Shown: positions 62,099 to 64,000 of the stretch, one piece after another
How the letters are laid out: the number at the start of each line of letters is the position of its first letter
How positions within the stretch are numbered: position 1 is the first letter of the stretch
NCBI GenBank assembly: GCA_963664305.2
Contig: CAXXLV010000002.1
Coordinates: 1,632,001 to 1,696,000 of the forward strand
Length of the DNA: 64,000 nt
Source: an uncultured Aliarcobacter sp.
GTDB lineage: Bacteria; Campylobacterota; Campylobacteria; Campylobacterales; Arcobacteraceae
Reading direction: 5' to 3'
Program-made: the position numbers and the translations under genes
The notes under the pieces: model-generated
What the model was told of the DNA's origin: nothing
Seen by the model: only the letters and a program-made list of their open reading frames with translations
Databases searched by the model: none

Positions 62099-63502
62099 AT
62101 GAATAAAATACATATTTTTGATTCAGTACTAAAAGAAAAAGTAGAATTTAACCCTATTGTAGAAGGTAAGGTTAAAATCTACGTTTGTGGACCAACTGTT
62201 TATGATGATTCTCATTTAGGACACGCAAGAAGTGCAATTGCTTTTGATTTACTTCATAGGGTTTTAAAAGTAAATAACTATGAAGTTACAATGACAAAAA
62301 ACTTTACTGATATTGATGATAAAATCATCAAAAAAATGTACGAAACTAACAAATCTCTTGATGAGATTACTTCAACTTACATAAATGCTTATAAAGCTGA
62401 TATGAGAGCCTTAAATATTCTAGATAATACAATAGAACCAAAAGCAACAGAAAATCTTGAAATTATGAAAGATATGATATCAAATCTAATTTCAAAAGAT
62501 ATTGCTTATAAAACAAGTGATAGTGTATATTTTGACACATCTAAAGATAATGCTTATGGAACATTATCTCATAAAATAAATGATGAAAACTCTCAAGCAA
62601 GAGTTGAAATAAATGTTGAAAAAAGAAATCCTTCTGATTTTGCCTTATGGAAATTTGAAAAAGCTAATGATGTTAGTTTTGATTCTCCATTTGGAAAAGG
62701 AAGACCTGGATGGCATATTGAATGCTCTGCTATGATTGAAAAACATTTAGCATATAAAGATGGTTCTTATCAAATAGATATTCATGGTGGTGGAGCAGAT
62801 TTACTTTTCCCACATCATGAAAATGAAGCAGCACAAACTAGATGTTCTTCTGGACAAAATTTAGCAAAATATTGGATGCATAATGGTTTTGTAAATATCA
62901 ATGGCGAAAAAATGAGTAAATCTTTAGGTAATTCATTTTTCTTAAAAGATGTTCTTAAATCATATAGTGGAGAAGTGATTAGATTTTATTTAATGTCTAC
63001 ACATTACAGAGCTAATTTTAATTTTAATGAAGAAGATTTACTTTCATCTAAAAAAAGACTTGACAAACTTTATAGAGTTAAAAAAAGAGTTTATGGGATG
63101 GAAGGTTCAACAGTAAATAAAACATTTAAAGAAGCTATTTTAAATGCTTTAAATGATGATATGAATACATCAATTGCCTTATCAGTTATCGATGAAATGA
63201 TAAATTCTTCAAATGATAAACTAGATGCAAATCCAAAAGATAAAAATCTTAAAAAAGAGTTGATTTCAAATATAAATTTTATTGAAGAAATTCTTGGAGT
63301 TGGAGGTAATGATGCTTATTCTTATTTCCAATTTGGGATTGATGAATTAACAAAACAAAAAATAGAAGATTTAATTTTAAAAAGAAATGAAGCTAAAAAA
63401 ATCAAAGATTTTGAGACAGCTGATAAAATCAGAAATGAATTAACTTCTATGGAAATATCTTTAATGGATACAGCTAATGGAACGGTTTGGGAAAAATTAT
63501 AA
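62099..63502 (+). CDS. cysS: Cysteine--tRNA ligase
   Basis: YVCGPTVY, HLGH, GRPGWHIECS, FPHHENE, KMSKS. Confidence 0.98.
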   Translation: MNKIHIFDSVLKEKVEFNPIVEGKVKIYVCGPTVYDDSHLGHARSAIAFDLLHRVLKVNNYEVTMTKNFTDIDDKIIKKMYETNKSLDEITSTYINAYKADMRALNILDNTIEPKATENLEIMKDMISNLISKDIAYKTSDSVYFDTSKDNAYGTLSHKINDENSQARVEINVEKRNPSDFALWKFEKANDVSFDSPFGKGRPGWHIECSAMIEKHLAYKDGSYQIDIHGGGADLLFPHHENEAAQTRCSSGQNLAKYWMHNGFVNINGEKMSKSLGNSFFLKDVLKSYSGEVIRFYLMSTHYRANFNFNEEDLLSSKKRLDKLYRVKKRVYGMEGSTVNKTFKEAILNALNDDMNTSIALSVIDEMINSSNDKLDANPKDKNLKKELISNINFIEEILGVGGNDAYSYFQFGIDELTKQKIEDLILKRNEAKKIKDFETADKIRNELTSMEISLMDTANGTVWEKL

Positions 63503-63694
63503 ATTTTCCTCATTCTGTTTTAATAATTTTGGCATCATCTCACCTATTTCTTTAAAATCATAATCAAAGCTTTTTACTACTACACTATACAAGTTGTGTT
63601 GATTATATTTCTCATGCCATTTTTCTTCTTTTTTTTCATACAAATTATAATATTCAAATCGTAATCGTAAAGCAGTTTTAAGTGTTTTATTCAT
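63497..63694 (-). CDS. Small hypothetical protein
   Basis: 65-aa ORF with an AGAG RBS filling the cysS-rpsR gap. Confidence 0.5.
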   Translation of the reverse strand: MNKTLKTALRLRFEYYNLYEKKEEKWHEKYNQHNLYSVVVKSFDYDFKEIGEMMPKLLKQNEENL

Positions 63695-63712
63695 TTTTCT
63701 CTTTGTATAAAC

Positions 63713-63747
63713 AAAAAAAGGGAAGAAGTAAAAACCTCTTCCCTTTT
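63713..63747 (-). terminator. Intrinsic terminator after rpsR
   Basis: aaaagggaaga / tcttccctttt stem with a U tract on the minus strand. Confidence 0.7.
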
Positions 63748-63764
63748 ATTTACTAAAACAATTC

Positions 63765-64000
63765 TTAGTAGAATGATCTTGCGTAAGCAGAATCTGTAAT
63801 GTTTTTAGTATCAACAATATATGGTACTAAAGCCATGTGTCTTGCTCTTTTGATTGCTTTTTCAACCATTTCTTGAGCATTTTTAGAGTTACCTGTAAGT
63901 CTTCTAGGCATAATTTTACCTCTTTCACTCATAGATAATTTTAATAAATCTGTATTTTTATAATCAATGAAATCAACTTTCATTTCAGTATATTTACAAT
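63765..64000 (-). CDS. rpsR: 30S ribosomal protein S18, 5' end lies beyond the window
   Basis: IDYKN...[13 protein letters not shown]...[13 protein letters not shown]. Confidence 0.96.
   Translation of the reverse strand, partial: CKYTEMKVDFIDYKNTDLLKLSMSERGKIMPRRLTGNSKNAQEMVEKAIKRARHMALVPYIVDTKNITDSAYARSFY

Overview
AT-rich chromosomal window from a Campylobacterota bacterium, most likely Arcobacter/Aliarcobacter (inferred from gene content and order: dynamin-like pair, ahpC-fdxA-ndk-yceD-rpmF-plsX-fabH, HP0268-family-miaB-DUF374, mqnE). Most of it is housekeeping: copA/copZ, recQ, the 2-methylcitrate operon prpB-prpC-acnD-prpF, hemC, dnaX, murI, gdhA, rho, pab/pyr/arg/bio genes, pyk, nusA, cysS and rpsR. 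The stand-out is a ~2.1 kb, very AT-rich cassette on the minus strand between recQ and an EF-hand gene (about 11110-13171). It comprises a promoter, an unannotated ~128-nt structured ncRNA, a SLATT membrane protein and a YVDD reverse transcriptase, which is the layout of a DRT10/UG17-type defence-associated RT. The ncRNA can be folded by eye: a 10-bp terminal stem encloses four hairpins arranged as two pseudo-symmetric modules with compensatory base changes. It also has an A-B-A single-stranded segment that predicts telomerase-like synthesis of (AAAATTAGTTT)n DNA. Secondary findings: a candidate antisense-type sRNA at ~53660-53727, a ZorAB-like MotA/MotB pair followed by an unannotated 43-aa ORF, an uncharacterised regulator with operator-like repeats upstream of prp, a repetitive rho leader, and a probable PilM-PilN-PilO fusion. 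All calls come from reading motifs by eye; no database searches were run.
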